Shown here: in pieces, positions 62,464 through 64,000 of the stretch
Layout of the letters: the number at the start of each line of letters is the position of its first letter
Numbering within the stretch: position 1 is the stretch's first letter
From: Octopus sinensis
Lineage: Eukaryota
Length of the DNA stretch: 64,000 nt
Assembly: GCF_006345805.1 (NCBI RefSeq)
Contig: NC_043026.1
Span: forward strand, 10,106,001 to 10,170,000
Direction of reading: 5' to 3'
Position numbers and translations under genes: made by a program
Notes under the pieces: generated by a model
Databases searched by the model: none
What the model was told of the DNA's origin: nothing
The model's input: the letters and a program-made list of their open reading frames with translations, nothing else

Positions 62464-62736
62464 TGTATTTTATTCAAACATGAACAGGATATTTCTACAA
62501 AAACAGAAAGAGAGGGAAAAACATGTCTAGGTAATACCTTATTTTCATAGAATGATTTAAGGCAGATACCACGGATGAGTTAAAATATTTGGGCCAAGCT
62601 GGCAATGAATGGACCAATCAAGAGAGAAATAGAAAGGGCATTGTGAGTAGCGACGTATAACAACATCCGAGACGATGATCAATACAGCCAGGTATAAATA
62701 CTCACACAAACACAGAAAGACCTCCTAACAGCAGGT

Positions 62737-63121
62737 GGCGAACTGGCAGAATCGTTAGCACGGCCGGCGAAATGCTTAGCGGTATTTCGTCTGTCGAGGT
62801 CGACTTTGCCTTTCATCCTTTCGGGGTCGATTAAATAAGTACCAGTGTACCACTGGGGTCGATATAATCGACTTAATCCGTTTGTCTGTCCTTGTTTGTC
62901 TTCTCTGTGTTTAGCCCCTTGTGGGTAGTAAAGAAATAGGTATTTCGTCTGTCGTTACGTTCTGAGTTCAAATTCCGCCGAGGTCGACTTTGCCTTTCAT
63001 CCTTTCGGGGTCGATAAATTAAGTACCAGTTACGCACTGAGGTCGAAGCAATCGACTTAATACCTATGTCTGTCTTTGTTTGTCCCCTCTGTGTTTAGCC
63101 CCTTGTGGATAATAAAGAAAT
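62737..63121 (+). mobile_element. duplicate of the dimeric SINE family C insertion
   Basis: Same sequence and flanks as 56367-56751. Confidence 0.92.
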
Positions 63122-63189
63122 AGGTATACTGTTGATTAAAGGGAGGTAAAGCAGAGCAGGTGCCCTCAGTATTTTGGTGAAAGGGTTAG

Positions 63190-63357
63190 GCATGCGCATT
63201 GAGCGTACTTCTTACTTCATGTTCATATCTGGTTTGAATGTCCTGGGCTTTGATTTCTCTTAATCAACTGATTAATACGCTAATAATACTTATAATTCAT
63301 TTTCCAACTACCAGATAGATATATATATAACAATTCTATCCTTTGTGAAACATTTCC
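63190..63357 (+). promoter_or_regulatory. putative promoter motif and non-coding exon 1 of an eighth ZNF gene (coding exon expected beyond the window)
   Basis: GCATGCGCA at 63190-63198, donor at 63358; the intron matches 56988 onward up to the window end. Confidence 0.72.
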
Positions 63358-64000
63358 GTAAGTATTAAACAAGGAAAATATTCGTTGTTTTTGATTCTGT
63401 AGACTTTCGGTTTTTCGCGCGTCGATTCTTTGAGTCTGATTTGTGCGGGATTTGGCTGCTATTTCTAGCGGAGAAAGCTATCTCGTACAATCTCCTTCGT
63501 TGCCAGGTCAGTTTGTAGTGTTTTAGTTTGAGAAATAGTCTGGAATACACTCCAACCACTGAAATGGTCAGAAAGCGGCATAACTACAGATGTGTACCCC
63601 ATTGACTTTGTTGGCGGATAACTTTGAGAAAAAGGGATACTTTTAAACGAAATTTTCAAAATATATCGCTTAAATGCTGTATATTCAGAATATGTAGGGA
63701 TTTATGGGAACGAATTTTCCCCCCTAATAACTTTCAGAAAAACGGGAATCTTTTAATGAAAGTTTATACCTTCGGAACGGCATGGATTACGATTATATGA
63801 AGAACTTTCTGGGGAAATTGTTTTCCAAGCGATGGGGACAAGAGTATCTGATCAAGAAAAACACATGTTGGGATTTCCTAGATCATATGAGCTTCATTTA
63901 TTTCAAGCTAATGCATGTCCTTGGCAGTCACCGCCCATGTTTCTCTGCCATGTAGCATAGCTGTTCGCACACACGTGTCATACACTCTACCTTTCACTCT

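Larger units (their letters stand above)
52340..64000 (+). repeat. very recent tandem segmental duplication, period 6425 bp (gene body) / 6370 bp (after a (TA)n length change)
   Basis: Z6 and Z7 translations are identical. 55587 pairs with 61957, 56367 with 62737 and 56988 with 63358. The unit start is approximate. Confidence 0.93.

Overview
Eukaryotic, AT-rich, repeat-dense DNA. It is most likely a cephalopod (octopus-like) genome; this is inferred from the C2H2 zinc-finger cluster plus the SINE, RTE and (TA)n landscape, not from a database search. The window holds (i) one intronless 1818-aa ORF (3469-8925, +) built from several degenerate NHL/TolB-like beta-propeller units, and (ii) a cluster of seven all-finger C2H2 genes with no KRAB-like domain, plus the first exon of an eighth. 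Z1-Z3 lie on the minus strand and Z4-Z8 on the plus strand, diverging from a central 37.6-40.2 kb region. Z2-Z8 each show the same cassette: an NRF1-like GCATGCGCA motif, a short non-coding exon ending GAAACATTTCC|GTAAGTA, an intron, and a TTTCAG acceptor followed by a shared ~320-350 nt leader and the whole finger ORF. Z1 has the acceptor and leader but no matching first exon was found, and Z8 is cut by the window end. Paralogs show finger shuffling, in-frame nonsense codons, a shared finger-1 frameshift with apparent start-codon rescue, and a very recent ~6.4 kb tandem duplication. The intergenic DNA contains RTE and CR1-like LINE pieces, three tRNA-derived SINE families, Helitrons, a piggyBac-type MITE, long hairpins and palindromes, and Penelope-like terminal-repeat fragments with hammerhead-ribozyme cores. 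All alignments and counts were made by eye, so boundaries of degraded repeats are approximate.
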